A stretch of DNA of 64,000 nt from a virus. Its lineage: Duplodnaviria; Caudoviricetes. Numbering within the stretch: position 1 is the first letter of the stretch; every line of letters starts with the position of its first letter. The translations under genes were made by a program, and so were the position numbers. Of the stretch, positions 1-10,700 are shown piece by piece. Location: IMG/VR virus record IMGVR_UViG_3300028887_000077, positions 32,001-96,000 of that record; one strand, written 5' to 3'. Below the pieces are notes generated by a model, which worked only from the letters and a program-made list of their open reading frames with translations, searched no databases and was not told the origin of the DNA.

Positions 1-49
1 TACGACGTGGATCATGAATATTATATGATTGTCTTTGATTAAAGGGTGA

Positions 50-319
50 TTGTGTATGAAAAACATTATTATGTATTCTGTGCCCGGCTGTTCAAGATGC
101 GGGGCGTTTGAAATGATATTTGCAGAGCGCGATATCGCATATCAAAAAATAGACAATCCGGAAGAGCTTTTACGTTTTGCAGACGCTCATGCGATCGCAA
201 GCATACCAGCGTTTGATGTTGATGGTGTGGCTATGGACTATTTGAGCGTCTTAAATGTTTTACATGTTTCTGAGAGTAGGCTTGATGAAATTCAAGAAGC
301 ATTATCGGTATGGTCATAA
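50..319 (+). CDS. Glutaredoxin/NrdH-like redoxin
   Basis: Thioredoxin-fold pattern IMYSVPGCSRC (CxxC) and SIPAFDVDG; 89 aa. Confidence 0.7.
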   Translation: MCMKNIIMYSVPGCSRCGAFEMIFAERDIAYQKIDNPEELLRFADAHAIASIPAFDVDGVAMDYLSVLNVLHVSESRLDEIQEALSVWS

Positions 320-348
320 GAGAGAGGGTTCGCCCTCTCTCTTTTTTT
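319..348 (+). terminator. Intrinsic terminator
   Basis: AGAGAGAGGG-TTCG-CCCTCTCTCT followed by a T-run. Confidence 0.85.
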
Positions 349-369
349 ATCGTTTTTTTTAAAAAATAC

Positions 370-398
370 TTGACAAAAATAATTTGTTATGATATAAT
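370..398 (+). promoter_or_regulatory. Sigma-A/70 promoter
   Basis: TTGACA-17-TATAAT with TG extension. Confidence 0.85.
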
Positions 399-421
399 AC
401 TAATGAATTTGGAGGTGCTAT

Positions 422-1147
422 ATGAAAGAGTTTGATGAATTGTCGTATTTAGACGAGCGCATTTCTCAAATTAAAACAGAAAAAGAGTATCTTTTAATGT
501 TATACGATCTTTGCTTGAAGGCAAAGTATGTTCACGTGGAAAACTCGGCAGACTATGCGATTGTCCGCAGAGAAAATACGCTGTATCTTTTATTCCAGTG
601 GTCAGACGGAAAAGAAGACTGGAAGAATAATTTTGATTTTGCCGCTGTCCCATATAAGGACATGGATATTGAATGGAGGTGCCATCGTGGGTTTTTAAGA
701 GTGTGGAAGTCTATTGAGCCATATGTTGCCGATAGCATTATGGATGCGTCCGTCAAGCAGATTATTCTTGTCGGCTATAGTCATGGCTCGGCCATTGCAA
801 CGCTGGCCCATGAGTATGTTTGGTTTCATCGTCCGGATCTTAGGTCGTTTTATGTTGAAAATGGCACATGCAAGATTGGCATTGAGGGATTTGGATTTGG
901 GTGTCCGCGTGTATTTTACGGTAAAATGCCCAAAGAACTAAAGAAGAGATGGCGTACGTTTTTCCCGATCAGAAACCTGAATGATATTGTAACGCACGTT
1001 CCGCCGGCGATCTTTGGGTTCCGACACGTAGAGAGCGTTCTGAAGATTGGCGAAAAGGGCAAGTTGATCAGATATCGTCATTTCGATTGTGTATCGGCGC
1101 ATTACCCGGAGAACTATCGCATCTCTCTGGGTGCAGATAAAGAATAA
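422..1147 (+). CDS. Class 3 lipase (alpha/beta hydrolase)
   Basis: HRGFL, VGYSHG (GxSxG nucleophile elbow), FGCPRV, DIVTHVPP, C-terminal His; GGAGG RBS. Confidence 0.8.
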   Translation: MKEFDELSYLDERISQIKTEKEYLLMLYDLCLKAKYVHVENSADYAIVRRENTLYLLFQWSDGKEDWKNNFDFAAVPYKDMDIEWRCHRGFLRVWKSIEPYVADSIMDASVKQIILVGYSHGSAIATLAHEYVWFHRPDLRSFYVENGTCKIGIEGFGFGCPRVFYGKMPKELKKRWRTFFPIRNLNDIVTHVPPAIFGFRHVESVLKIGEKGKLIRYRHFDCVSAHYPENYRISLGADKE

Positions 1148-1163
1148 ACGGAGGAAAGTTGAT

Positions 1164-1760
1164 TTGAAAGTTATTATTAATAAGGATGAAAACAACACGC
1201 GGTTTGTTCCTGGAAGAAAGTACAAGAGAGATTTGGCTAAGAAGCTTACCAAGTCATCCCATCAGAAGGTGACAAAGCAAGACGTTGAAAACTACATCCT
1301 ACTTCAGAGACTGAAGAGCGGAAATATCACCGATGATGAGATCAAAGATATGACACAGGGGAAGGTAGACCATTATGACAACGTTGACCTTTTCCCGGAT
1401 GGGACCGAAGCTAAGCTGAATTACGATGCCATCATTGGCCGTAAAGATCAGTTGACCGAAAAGTTCGTCGAATGGGTTGAGGCACACAAAGAAGATACAT
1501 TTCATCTCATTCGTGACGGAAGCATGGCTGGCCTGGTTTCTCTTGAGGAAGATCAGAGGTTTTACGAAGACGAGAAGACAAAGGAGATCAAGCAGGAGCC
1601 TCGGTGGTTGTTCGACTTATTTGCCGACCTCTTTGTAAAGAACGAGAACGGTGAGTTCGTTGACCCTTGGACCGTTGAAGGCGCCGAGGCAGACTTCGTA
1701 GACCTGAAAGACGGTCTGAATGGTACGCCAGAAGAGAGCGAGGTGAAAGAAGATGATTGA
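1164..1760 (+). CDS. Hypothetical protein
   Basis: Long ORF; TTG start after GGAGG chosen over the track start at 1089. Confidence 0.6.
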   Translation: MKVIINKDENNTRFVPGRKYKRDLAKKLTKSSHQKVTKQDVENYILLQRLKSGNITDDEIKDMTQGKVDHYDNVDLFPDGTEAKLNYDAIIGRKDQLTEKFVEWVEAHKEDTFHLIRDGSMAGLVSLEEDQRFYEDEKTKEIKQEPRWLFDLFADLFVKNENGEFVDPWTVEGAEADFVDLKDGLNGTPEESEVKEDD

Positions 1761-2001
1761 GCTTAAAGACACCGTTGAGATGATGCTGAGCCCCGATTAC
1801 AAGGAAAGATTTAAGGCTGAGTATTATCAGGTTGCAATTCGATATAATAAGTTGAAGTCGATGTTGGACAAGTGGAAGATGGGAGAACTCGGTTTTCAGC
1901 CGACGTGCTCTATGGCACAACTTGAATGGCAGCTTGATGCTATGGAAGATTATAAAAGCATCCTTGAAACAAGGGCTAAAATGGAAAATATTTCGATTTG
2001 A
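1753..2001 (+). CDS. Conserved small phage protein (crAss001_48-like)
   Basis: LKDTVEMMLSPDYKERFKAEYYQ...QLDAMEDY motif recognised from memory. Confidence 0.6.
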   Translation: MIELKDTVEMMLSPDYKERFKAEYYQVAIRYNKLKSMLDKWKMGELGFQPTCSMAQLEWQLDAMEDYKSILETRAKMENISI

Positions 2002-2022
2002 TAAAAATTTTTCGTAAACCTC

Positions 2023-2051
2023 TTGACAAATAAAACACAGCGTGTTATAAT
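2023..2051 (+). promoter_or_regulatory. Sigma-A/70 promoter
   Basis: TTGACA-17-TATAAT. Confidence 0.85.
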
Positions 2052-2094
2052 ACATCCAGACCGAAAAGGTCGAGATTGATTAAAGGAGAAAAAT

Positions 2095-3273
2095 ATGAGC
2101 GTAAACTTCAGATTTTGTGGCGAACTCAAGCAACTCAAGGAATCCGAAAACTTTAAGCCCTTTGAGACAAAGACATTCGGCACCGGGTGGAATATTGACA
2201 CCTTCGTTTTTCAGGGGGTGAACGGCTTTAACAAACATATGTTCCAGATCAAAGCCGGATACTGGGGTGTTTCTGGCGGTGGCGTCGACGAAGGAAAGAT
2301 GCAGATCTACACCACATTCCAGTCGAAGGAAGACGGAGAAACCAAGTACACGAACACAAAGGTTGACTTTGTCGATCGGAAGAAAGAGGAAATCCTCGAT
2401 CAGGTTCCCGAGTACAAGAAATTTGTCCTCGACCTCAACAACCCCGGCGAAGATCGTGATTCGGCAAGACGCAGAGAGTATATCTACGAAGGAGACTTTC
2501 TCCACGACGTGCGAAACGTGCTGTCAAAGCCCGCGTTTGCAAAGGCAAAGTTCAGCGTCTCCGGCGTCATCGACGTGCAGTATTCGCCGAAGAACGGTAA
2601 GTTCTACAAGAGCTACACCGTTCAGCGGATCCGTCTGGCGAAGGAAGACGACGAACCTCGGATGGTTATCTCCGGCGAGTTTATCTACGCCCCCGAGTCG
2701 TGGGACGAAGATGTCTACGAAGACGGCCGTGTGTCCTACAATGTGTGGGCTATGTATTACGACCGGCAGTTCAAAAACGCAGAGTGTAACGGGCATATTG
2801 CTGTTCCGATGGCGTTCGTGTTCTCGCCCGAATACATTACCGACGACCCCGCGAAGCAGAAAAAAGTCGCGGACACTCTGAAGAAGAGAATGTCCGTTGT
2901 TCCCGATGGCGCGCAGTACGGAACGATTAGGCTCGAAGCAAACGTCATTGATGGAGCCCAGATGGAGCAGGTTACCATCGACGATCTTCCCGATGAGATC
3001 CGTGAGGATATTGAACTCGGTATCAGAGACGAGGCGGAGGAGCTGCGCCGGGCCGGGAGACAGGGCATGGGCGAGCGTATCAGAGAGTTCCGCATCATCA
3101 AAGCGAACGATGCACAGGCTTCAAACTACGAAGACGCGGATATCGCGCTTCCTGCGGCAAACGAAGTTGAGCAGAAAGAGGGAAGAACCAAGGCGAAGAC
3201 GACCACAAAGAGCGTCGATGACGCCCCGTTTGACGCCGGCTCTGACATCGACGATATTTTCGGCGACATCTGA
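2095..3273 (+). CDS. Putative single-stranded DNA-binding protein (SPbeta YorF-like)
   Basis: Acidic C-terminal tail DDAPF...DIDDIFGDI; position upstream of a Sak4-like ATPase and helicase. Confidence 0.55.
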   Translation: MSVNFRFCGELKQLKESENFKPFETKTFGTGWNIDTFVFQGVNGFNKHMFQIKAGYWGVSGGGVDEGKMQIYTTFQSKEDGETKYTNTKVDFVDRKKEEILDQVPEYKKFVLDLNNPGEDRDSARRREYIYEGDFLHDVRNVLSKPAFAKAKFSVSGVIDVQYSPKNGKFYKSYTVQRIRLAKEDDEPRMVISGEFIYAPESWDEDVYEDGRVSYNVWAMYYDRQFKNAECNGHIAVPMAFVFSPEYITDDPAKQKKVADTLKKRMSVVPDGAQYGTIRLEANVIDGAQMEQVTIDDLPDEIREDIELGIRDEAEELRRAGRQGMGERIREFRIIKANDAQASNYEDADIALPAANEVEQKEGRTKAKTTTKSVDDAPFDAGSDIDDIFGDI

Positions 3274-3287
3274 TCGGAGGATAAAAG

Positions 3288-4472
3288 ATGGCACGTAAGT
3301 TTGGTAAAACAACAACTATGAGTCCCCACTTTTACGATTACAACTATGTGATCAACGGCGTTGGCGGCATCGGTAAAACCACTATGGCGTACGAGCTCGG
3401 GAAGATCGCGACGGGTAGTAACGAGGGAACCTTCATTATTACCTGCGGGTCTGAGCCCGAACCCAAGCACATCCCCGGCGCATTCGGGGATGTCGCGAAG
3501 AACTTCGGTGTGTTCGTGGAGATCGTAAACGATCTTTGTGAAAACCGAGAGGACTACAAGAAAACCAAGTTTGTCGCTATCGACTCGCTTGACGAATACT
3601 TCCGCATGGGTGAAGATTACGTTGTTAACGAGTGGAACTCCACGTGTAAGCGAGCAGGGGATACGAGTAAGCTTGCCAAGTCCATAGCTCAGGCATACAC
3701 CGGGTTCCAGAAGGGTGAAAACAGGGTTGTCGATCTTGTTCTGAAGAGCCTTGCAAAGCTGAGTGACAATGGGTATCAGCTTCTCTTCCTCGGTCACACC
3801 AAGACCAAGTCAAAGGAAGATTTGATCACCGGCGTTAAATACGAGCAGCTTACTTGTAACCTCGACAACAAATACTACAACGCGATCAAGGACAAGGTTA
3901 ATCTGGTTGCGATGTGCTACTTCGAGAACAAGATCGAAAACATCGTCAAAAAGACAAATCCCTTCTCGAAGAAAGACGAGAAGATTGGGGACCTCGTCAG
4001 CAAGAAACGTGTGATGGTCTTCGTCGACGATGATGCTGCAATCGATACCAAGACGCACTTTGAGTATATCAGAAACAAGACCGATTTCGGCGCTCAGAAT
4101 CTTGTCGATGCGGTCGAGGAGGCGATTCAGATGAAGCTGAACGCCCCAGCCGGTGAGCACAAGTCTCCCGAACACGTCGAGTTCAGAAACCAGACCGCAA
4201 TTGTTGAAGATGTTCAGTCTACCGCTGAGGCTTCGGCGATTGATGCAATCGAGGGCGCCGACGTATCCGGGGACATCTTCGGCGATGAAAGTTCGAGCAA
4301 AGAAGACCGCATCGAGGCTGTCCGTGCGGCGTTTAAGAACGCGGGGACAGACGTGAAGAAGTTGGTCAGGGAAATCATCATTAAATCTGGTGATGGAACA
4401 TCTACGAAGCTGTCCGCAGATATTCCCGACGACAGCCTCGCACAGATCGAAGCCCTGCTCGATTTGTCGTAA
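3288..4472 (+). CDS. AAA_24/Sak4-like ATPase (recombination/annealing; YorG-like)
   Basis: Walker A GVGGIGKTT, Walker B VAIDSLD, FLGH motif. Confidence 0.75.
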   Translation: MARKFGKTTTMSPHFYDYNYVINGVGGIGKTTMAYELGKIATGSNEGTFIITCGSEPEPKHIPGAFGDVAKNFGVFVEIVNDLCENREDYKKTKFVAIDSLDEYFRMGEDYVVNEWNSTCKRAGDTSKLAKSIAQAYTGFQKGENRVVDLVLKSLAKLSDNGYQLLFLGHTKTKSKEDLITGVKYEQLTCNLDNKYYNAIKDKVNLVAMCYFENKIENIVKKTNPFSKKDEKIGDLVSKKRVMVFVDDDAAIDTKTHFEYIRNKTDFGAQNLVDAVEEAIQMKLNAPAGEHKSPEHVEFRNQTAIVEDVQSTAEASAIDAIEGADVSGDIFGDESSSKEDRIEAVRAAFKNAGTDVKKLVREIIIKSGDGTSTKLSADIPDDSLAQIEALLDLS

Positions 4473-4499
4473 GACAAGAAAATAAATCATACAGGCCCC

Positions 4500-4529
4500 T
4501 TGACAAACTCTTGGGGCCTGTGATATAAT
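4500..4529 (+). promoter_or_regulatory. Sigma-A/70 promoter within an inverted repeat
   Basis: TTGACA-18-TATAAT; flanked by ACAGGCCCC/GGGGCCTGT. Confidence 0.75.
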
Positions 4530-4553
4530 AACAAATGAAAGGAGGCGGTCGAC

Positions 4554-5075
4554 ATGGGTTTAGTCGCCTGTAAGTGTGGGTGCGGACAAAAAATCGAAAG
4601 CAGTATTGCTTATGTTGTCCGCTTCAACGGTGTTTCGTTTAAGTTTTTGAATGAGGAACACTATTTAAAATGGAGAGAAGGGGCGAAAGCTCGCAAGTCT
4701 GATCCGGTCGACACGGATCTCGACAAGATTTACGATGCACTTATTTCCATAATGGGTAAGGACCCACACGCAAAATTGATTGTTAAGGAACAGTTAGAGG
4801 AGTGGAAAAAGATTGTTCCTGTCGATAAAATTTATGCTTATCTAAAAGAAAGCACTTCTCGTATCTCGGATATTCTGTCGAAAAGACAGTTTTCGTCCAT
4901 TAAGAACGAGATTAGGTATATCGGCGCCATTATAAAGAACAATGCGCCCTTATATAAGCCGGGCGTAACAATCGCAAGCGGCAGAAACGAACAAATCTCC
5001 AAAGAGGCGGAAGACGCCGGTGTTCAGCGCAATAAAAAGCGCATATCTTTGGCAGAGCTGGAGGACGAGGTGTGA
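4554..5075 (+). CDS. Hypothetical protein, possible helicase loader (YorH position)
   Basis: N-terminal CKCGC; coupled to the helicase gene; strong RBS. Confidence 0.55.
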   Translation: MGLVACKCGCGQKIESSIAYVVRFNGVSFKFLNEEHYLKWREGAKARKSDPVDTDLDKIYDALISIMGKDPHAKLIVKEQLEEWKKIVPVDKIYAYLKESTSRISDILSKRQFSSIKNEIRYIGAIIKNNAPLYKPGVTIASGRNEQISKEAEDAGVQRNKKRISLAELEDEV

Positions 5076-6679
5076 TTGACCAAAAATGTTTTATCGACGG
5101 AGTCGTTGATAAGTATCCGGAAGAGCTGCTTGATGGTAGAGTTACCATAGAGGGCAACCTTATCGCATGTTTATTTGAAGACCCGACGCTATACGACGAT
5201 ATTAAACAACAAATTGACATTCAGAATTTTATTACTCGGGATGGCCGGTTCTTGTTTGGGATCGTCAAGCTTCTTCGAGAGAAGAGGTTTTCGGTAATTG
5301 ACGAGGTTACCGTTCTGTCTAACTGCACCGAAGAGATGAAAGATAGGCTCGTCGGAATAGGCGGATATAAAACAATTCAGAAGATGTCGTCTGTGGTCGA
5401 CATCAAGAACTGGGATGCGATCCTTGACTCGTTTAATAAAAGTAACATTTTATTAAGACTGCATTCCAACGGATTTAACTTGTTTGACGAGGTGTCCCTC
5501 GCCAACGGGAAGCGCGTCAAGCCCATCGACTTGTTTAGTAAGGCAAACTGTGACAGTAACACGGTGCTCGCCTGGTATGAAGAATTTCTGTCAAAGTTGA
5601 GCGTTGAAAACTCGTCTGCGTCGACAAAGGTAATCGACGAGAAGTATGTGGACTTTGATGATGACTTCTTCACAAGCGTCTCTTCTGGCGACGCTGCCGG
5701 CGTTTCTTTTGCTGATGCTGGAGAAGACATTAACGGGAATACGATTAGTATGTTTCCGTTCTTATCACGAAACATTCTCGGGTTCGCCCGTGGAACAACG
5801 AGCGCACTTGCGGCGCATAGCGGATGCGGTAAAAGTACGCTTATGTTAAACATTATTCTGTGTCTTCTGTCCAAGGGGCTGAAGGGTGTGTTTATCTCAA
5901 ACGAAATGTCCCTACAAGACCTCAAGGTGATTATCATCTTGTTAATCACGACACGATATCTGGGGTACTGGGGAGTTACAAAGAAGAAACTAAAATCCGG
6001 CGACCTCACAGACGAGGACCGGAGAATGCTCAAAGAGGGTGCAAAGTATTGGAAAGAGCACTTTGCCGAAGGTCTCAAGATCGTCACTATGTCGGACGCG
6101 GATGCTATGCTGAACGAGCAAATCATAAAGAAGGAAGCACTTCGAAACGGCATCGACTTCTTTGTCGTAGACACATTTAAGCTGAACATTGGCGATGCCA
6201 CCGGCGCGGAGAACTTCTGGCTTGATCTTGTCAAAGATTCTCGTATGCTTGATTCGCTTGCCAAAAAGTACGATCTTATCGGCCTTTATACCATTCAGCT
6301 TGCATCGAACAGTATCGGCAGTCTGTTTCTCGACGCGTCCGCGTTGAGTATGTCAAAGGCGATCAAAGAGGTTCTGTCAAACTTGATAATGTTCAGAAAG
6401 GTTTATCCGGAAGAACTTGAGGCTGGCGGCCCGTATGACTTTAAGCCGTTTAGGTCTACGTTGCAGCCGGATGGATCATGGAAAGACGAGCCATACGTTC
6501 TTGAAGACCCTAGTGCGGTATATAGGGTGCTCCTGCTCGATAAGACGCGCTCTGGAATGGACGCGCTCGATTCTGGCATTGGTTATCTCGTTAAATATCG
6601 TGGAGACTTTGGAAAGTTTAGCGAAACATGCAAAGTGAGGCCGGTTCATAAGAGCATCAAGAACAGGAGCGAAAATTAA
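5072..6679 (+). CDS. dnaB: DnaB-like replicative helicase
   Basis: AAHSGCGKS Walker A, FISNEM, FVVDTFK, IQL, DKTRSG motifs. Confidence 0.85.
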   Translation: MIDQKCFIDGVVDKYPEELLDGRVTIEGNLIACLFEDPTLYDDIKQQIDIQNFITRDGRFLFGIVKLLREKRFSVIDEVTVLSNCTEEMKDRLVGIGGYKTIQKMSSVVDIKNWDAILDSFNKSNILLRLHSNGFNLFDEVSLANGKRVKPIDLFSKANCDSNTVLAWYEEFLSKLSVENSSASTKVIDEKYVDFDDDFFTSVSSGDAAGVSFADAGEDINGNTISMFPFLSRNILGFARGTTSALAAHSGCGKSTLMLNIILCLLSKGLKGVFISNEMSLQDLKVIIILLITTRYLGYWGVTKKKLKSGDLTDEDRRMLKEGAKYWKEHFAEGLKIVTMSDADAMLNEQIIKKEALRNGIDFFVVDTFKLNIGDATGAENFWLDLVKDSRMLDSLAKKYDLIGLYTIQLASNSIGSLFLDASALSMSKAIKEVLSNLIMFRKVYPEELEAGGPYDFKPFRSTLQPDGSWKDEPYVLEDPSAVYRVLLLDKTRSGMDALDSGIGYLVKYRGDFGKFSETCKVRPVHKSIKNRSEN

Positions 6680-6701
6680 AAAAGAAAATTTCCGAAACCA
6701 C

Positions 6702-6730
6702 TTGACAAACGAGTGGTTTCGGTGTATAAT
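6702..6730 (+). promoter_or_regulatory. Sigma-A/70 promoter within an inverted repeat
   Basis: TTGACA-17-TATAAT; CCGAAACCACT/AGTGGTTTCGG arms. Confidence 0.85.
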
Positions 6731-6763
6731 ATAGACGTAATAAGATTAGACAAGGAGAATGCG

Positions 6764-7780
6764 ATGCTCGCTGACATTAAAAAGATGTTGATCGAAAGTC
6801 CAGAGTCTATCGTCAAACTCCTCGAAGAATATGACTTCTGTCATATTCATCAAAAGCCGTCTGAGATCCGGTTCGCACGGAACGAAGAAGGCGGACAGAA
6901 TATAAGCATCAGGCTTGAGAATAATGACGGGCTGTATGTTAAGGATTTTGTCACAGGAGAGGGCGGAGACATAATCGCATACATTATGAACTCTCGTGAT
7001 GTTAATTTCATGAGAGTCCTTTCCTCTGTCAAAAATATACTTGGTCTTGAGGATGATTGGAGACCTAGGAAAATAAAATCGATATTCGGGGGGTTTTACG
7101 ATGGGATTGGCAAAGATGTCAAAGAAGAGCTGCCCGAGTACCCCGAGGATATTATGGACCAGTATTATGACGCCGGAAATAAGGCGTGGATTCGAGACGG
7201 AATACCGATTGACGTTCAGAAAAAGTTTGGCGTCAGGTACGATATATCCGACGATGTGATTGTATTCCCGTGGCGAAGTGCGGCGACCGGTGGCATAATT
7301 GCTGTTAAGGCGCGTCGCAATTATAAGATTGAAGACGGGGGTGGTCCGAAATATTATTTTCCATACAAAGGCGCCGTCAGTAAGTCGCTTTATGGATACA
7401 GTGAGAACTACGCAACACTTGTAAAAGACAGGATTGTCATGGTGTTTGAAAGCGAAAAGTCTGTGATGGTTTCATACGCCTTTGGGTTGCGTAACACTGT
7501 GGCCATTGGCTCTAACTCCCTGTCCGAAGAGCAGGCACGTTTGATTGCTGCGCTCGACCCAAAAGAGGTGTGGTTTATGCTTGACAAGGACCTACCTCTA
7601 AAAGAGACTCAGGCAAACATCAAAAACCTGAAAAAATATCTTGTCATGAAAGACTGTAAGATCTTATTCTGGAACTGGACAAAAAACACAAGCGTGTGTG
7701 AAAAGGGGGCGCCGGTCGATATGGGCCAATGCGTCTTCGACGATATATGTAAGAACGAAATGGAGGTTGTGCCGGCGTGA
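6764..7780 (+). CDS. DNA primase (TOPRIM)
   Basis: GDII, LYG, VFESEKSV, LDKD TOPRIM motifs; ATG after AAGGAG. Confidence 0.8.
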   Translation: MLADIKKMLIESPESIVKLLEEYDFCHIHQKPSEIRFARNEEGGQNISIRLENNDGLYVKDFVTGEGGDIIAYIMNSRDVNFMRVLSSVKNILGLEDDWRPRKIKSIFGGFYDGIGKDVKEELPEYPEDIMDQYYDAGNKAWIRDGIPIDVQKKFGVRYDISDDVIVFPWRSAATGGIIAVKARRNYKIEDGGGPKYYFPYKGAVSKSLYGYSENYATLVKDRIVMVFESEKSVMVSYAFGLRNTVAIGSNSLSEEQARLIAALDPKEVWFMLDKDLPLKETQANIKNLKKYLVMKDCKILFWNWTKNTSVCEKGAPVDMGQCVFDDICKNEMEVVPA

Positions 7781-10700
7781 GCAACTATGTAGTATACCAC
7801 TTGCATAGCGACAGAAGTCTTTTGGACTCCTGTACTGATTATAAGGCGTATGTCGATAAAGCAAAAGAGCTTGGGCAAACCGCGATTTGTTTTTCCGAAC
7901 ACGGGAACGTGTACAACTGGATCGAGAAAAAGATGTACTGCGACGCAAATGGTATTAAGTATATCCACGGGATTGAGTGCTATTTGACGAAAGCATTATT
8001 ACAGTCTACAGACGAAAACCCGCAGCCACATAAAGTACGCGACAACTATCATACTATTCTGATTGCAAGAAACTATGAGGGGTTTAAGGAGATCAACCGC
8101 CTTGTTGATGCTTCTACTAGGCCCGATCATATGTACTATAAGCCGAGGATTTCGTTTGACGAGTTTAAGGCGATTTCGTCGAATGTAATAAAAATCAGCG
8201 CGTGTCTCGCCTCTCCGCTCAACAAGCTTAGAGACGAATCTCTCATTCAATACTACGATTATCTTGAGATTCAGCCGCACGTAAACAGCCCAGAGCAAAA
8301 AGAATATAATATGTGGCTCGTCCAGATGTCTAAGAAATACGGGAAACCTCTGATCGCCGGAACAGACACGCATAGCCTTAGCCCGTATAAGTCTGAGTGC
8401 AGAAAGATCCTTTTGAAGGCGAAAAAAATAGAATATACCAGCGAGGATGAATTCGACCTTTCCTATAAGAGCTATGACGAACTTGTTGAAATGTTTGAAA
8501 TGCAGGGGGTGGTTGATAAATCCGATTATATGTCCGCGATTGAAAACACGAATGTGATGGCGGACAGCGTTGAGTCTTTTGACCTCGACAAATCGTTTAA
8601 GTACGCCAAGTGTTATGAGGACGACGAGGCAGAGTTAAAACGACGCGTCAACGAGAGATATAAAGACAAGGTTGCACGTGGCGTTATTAAAGCGAACCCT
8701 CAGTACGCAATTAACGCCAGAGAAGAGCTCCGCGTATTTAAGAAGATCGGTATGCTGGGATTCATGCTCTTCATGAGTGACCTTGTGACGTGGTGCTGGG
8801 ACAATGGTATTCCTATTGGGTATTGTCGGGGGTCTTGTGGTGGTAGCACTATTGCGTACCTTACAGATATTATCGACGTCGATCCGGTTGTGTGGAACAC
8901 GGTCTTCTCGCGGTTCGCAAACGAGGACCGTAAAGAGCTCGGTGATATTGATATTGACATTAGCCCGACTCAGCGCCATCTTGTTTATGATCATATCATC
9001 GAAAGCTTTGGCGAAGATTATACGGCATACATTCTTGCGATGGGGACGTTGGTAGACAAGGGAACTATCGACGAAATCGGTAGGGCGCTTAATTACCCTC
9101 TCGACGAGGTTGCGGCGATTAAAGATGCGTACGAGCAAGACCCGGACACGGCTAAGCAAAAGTATAAAGAGCTGTTTTACTACTTCGACGGACTCCTCGG
9201 AACCTGTGTGTCGCAGTCTATGCATCCAGCCGGAATCGTTGTTAGCCCCGTGTCTCTTCCTGATAACTATGGTACGTTCTGGGCAGATGGCAAGCGCATT
9301 CTTCAGATTAACATGGAAGAATGCCACGAGGTCAACTTAAACAAGTATGATCTGCTGGGCCTGAAGAATGTCGAGATTATTAAAGATACGTGCGCGTTTG
9401 CCGGAATACCATATCCGAAGTCGCACTTGCTGAACTGGGAAGACGAGAATGTATGGAAGGATATGTTAACTTCTCCGGCCGGTATTTTTCAGTTTGAGAG
9501 CAAGTTTGCGTTTGAGATGCTTAAGAAGTTCGGTGCCTCGAAAATCAACCATATGTCGTTGGTCAATGCGAGCTTGCGTCCATCAGGGGCGTCATATAGA
9601 GACAGATTATTGAATCACGAAATCAATCATAATCCGTCCGAGATTATTGACGACCTTCTGAAGGACAATAACGGATTCTTGATTTATCAAGAGGACACGA
9701 TCGCATTCCTTCAGAAAATATGCGGTCTAAGCGGCAGCGAGGCGGACAACATTCGTCGGGCAATTGGGCGAAAGCAAAAAGACCGTTTGGACGCTGCCCT
9801 TCCAAGCATACTTGAGGGCTATTGTTCGAAGTCCGACAAGCCAAGAGAGGTTGCAGAAGAAGAGGCGAAAACATTCCTTCAGATTATTGAAGACTCTGCT
9901 TCCTACCAGTTTGGATACAATCATTCTACCGGGTATTCGATGATCGGATATACGTGTGCTTATCTTCGTTATTACTATCCGTGTGAGTTTATCGCAGCCT
10001 ATCTGAACAACGCAAACAACGACGACGATATACGCATGGGAACAGAATTAGCGAAGGTTAAGAATATTTCGATCTTGCCGCCAAAGTTTAGGCATTCTCG
10101 TGCGCGATACGTACCGGACTCTAAAGAACACGCGGTTTATAAAGGGGTGGCGTCGATTAAGTTTCTTAATGATGATGTCGCCGAGAAGCTTTATGAAATG
10201 AGAAACATAAGGTTTTCATCATTCGTAGATGTGATCAGAGTGTTTCCGGGGAACTCTAAACAGCTCGACATCCTTATTAAGCTTGATTACTTCTCCGAGT
10301 TTGGAAAGATTGGATATCTGCTTGATATTGTAAGATGCTACGACGAGTTTAACGATAAAAGGCAGTATAATAAAGACAATATGAAATATCCTGACAAGAT
10401 CGTAGAGATTATCAAAAAGCACTCGACAGAAACCAAAAAGCAGTTTAGAGTGACAGATCCAGATTCTGTACTCACAGAAATTGTGGATATCATTCAGCCA
10501 AAAGATATTCCTCTCACTTCGCGTATTGAGTGGGACAAAGAATACCTTGGGTATATTTCGATTACTATGCCTGATAAGCGTGGAGTATGGGTTGTTGCGG
10601 AGATTGACACAAAATACTCTCCGAAGCTCACATTGTTTGAACTTTCGACAGGACGGTCGGTGATTGCAAAGATAAGCAAAAAAGCATATCAGGAAACACC

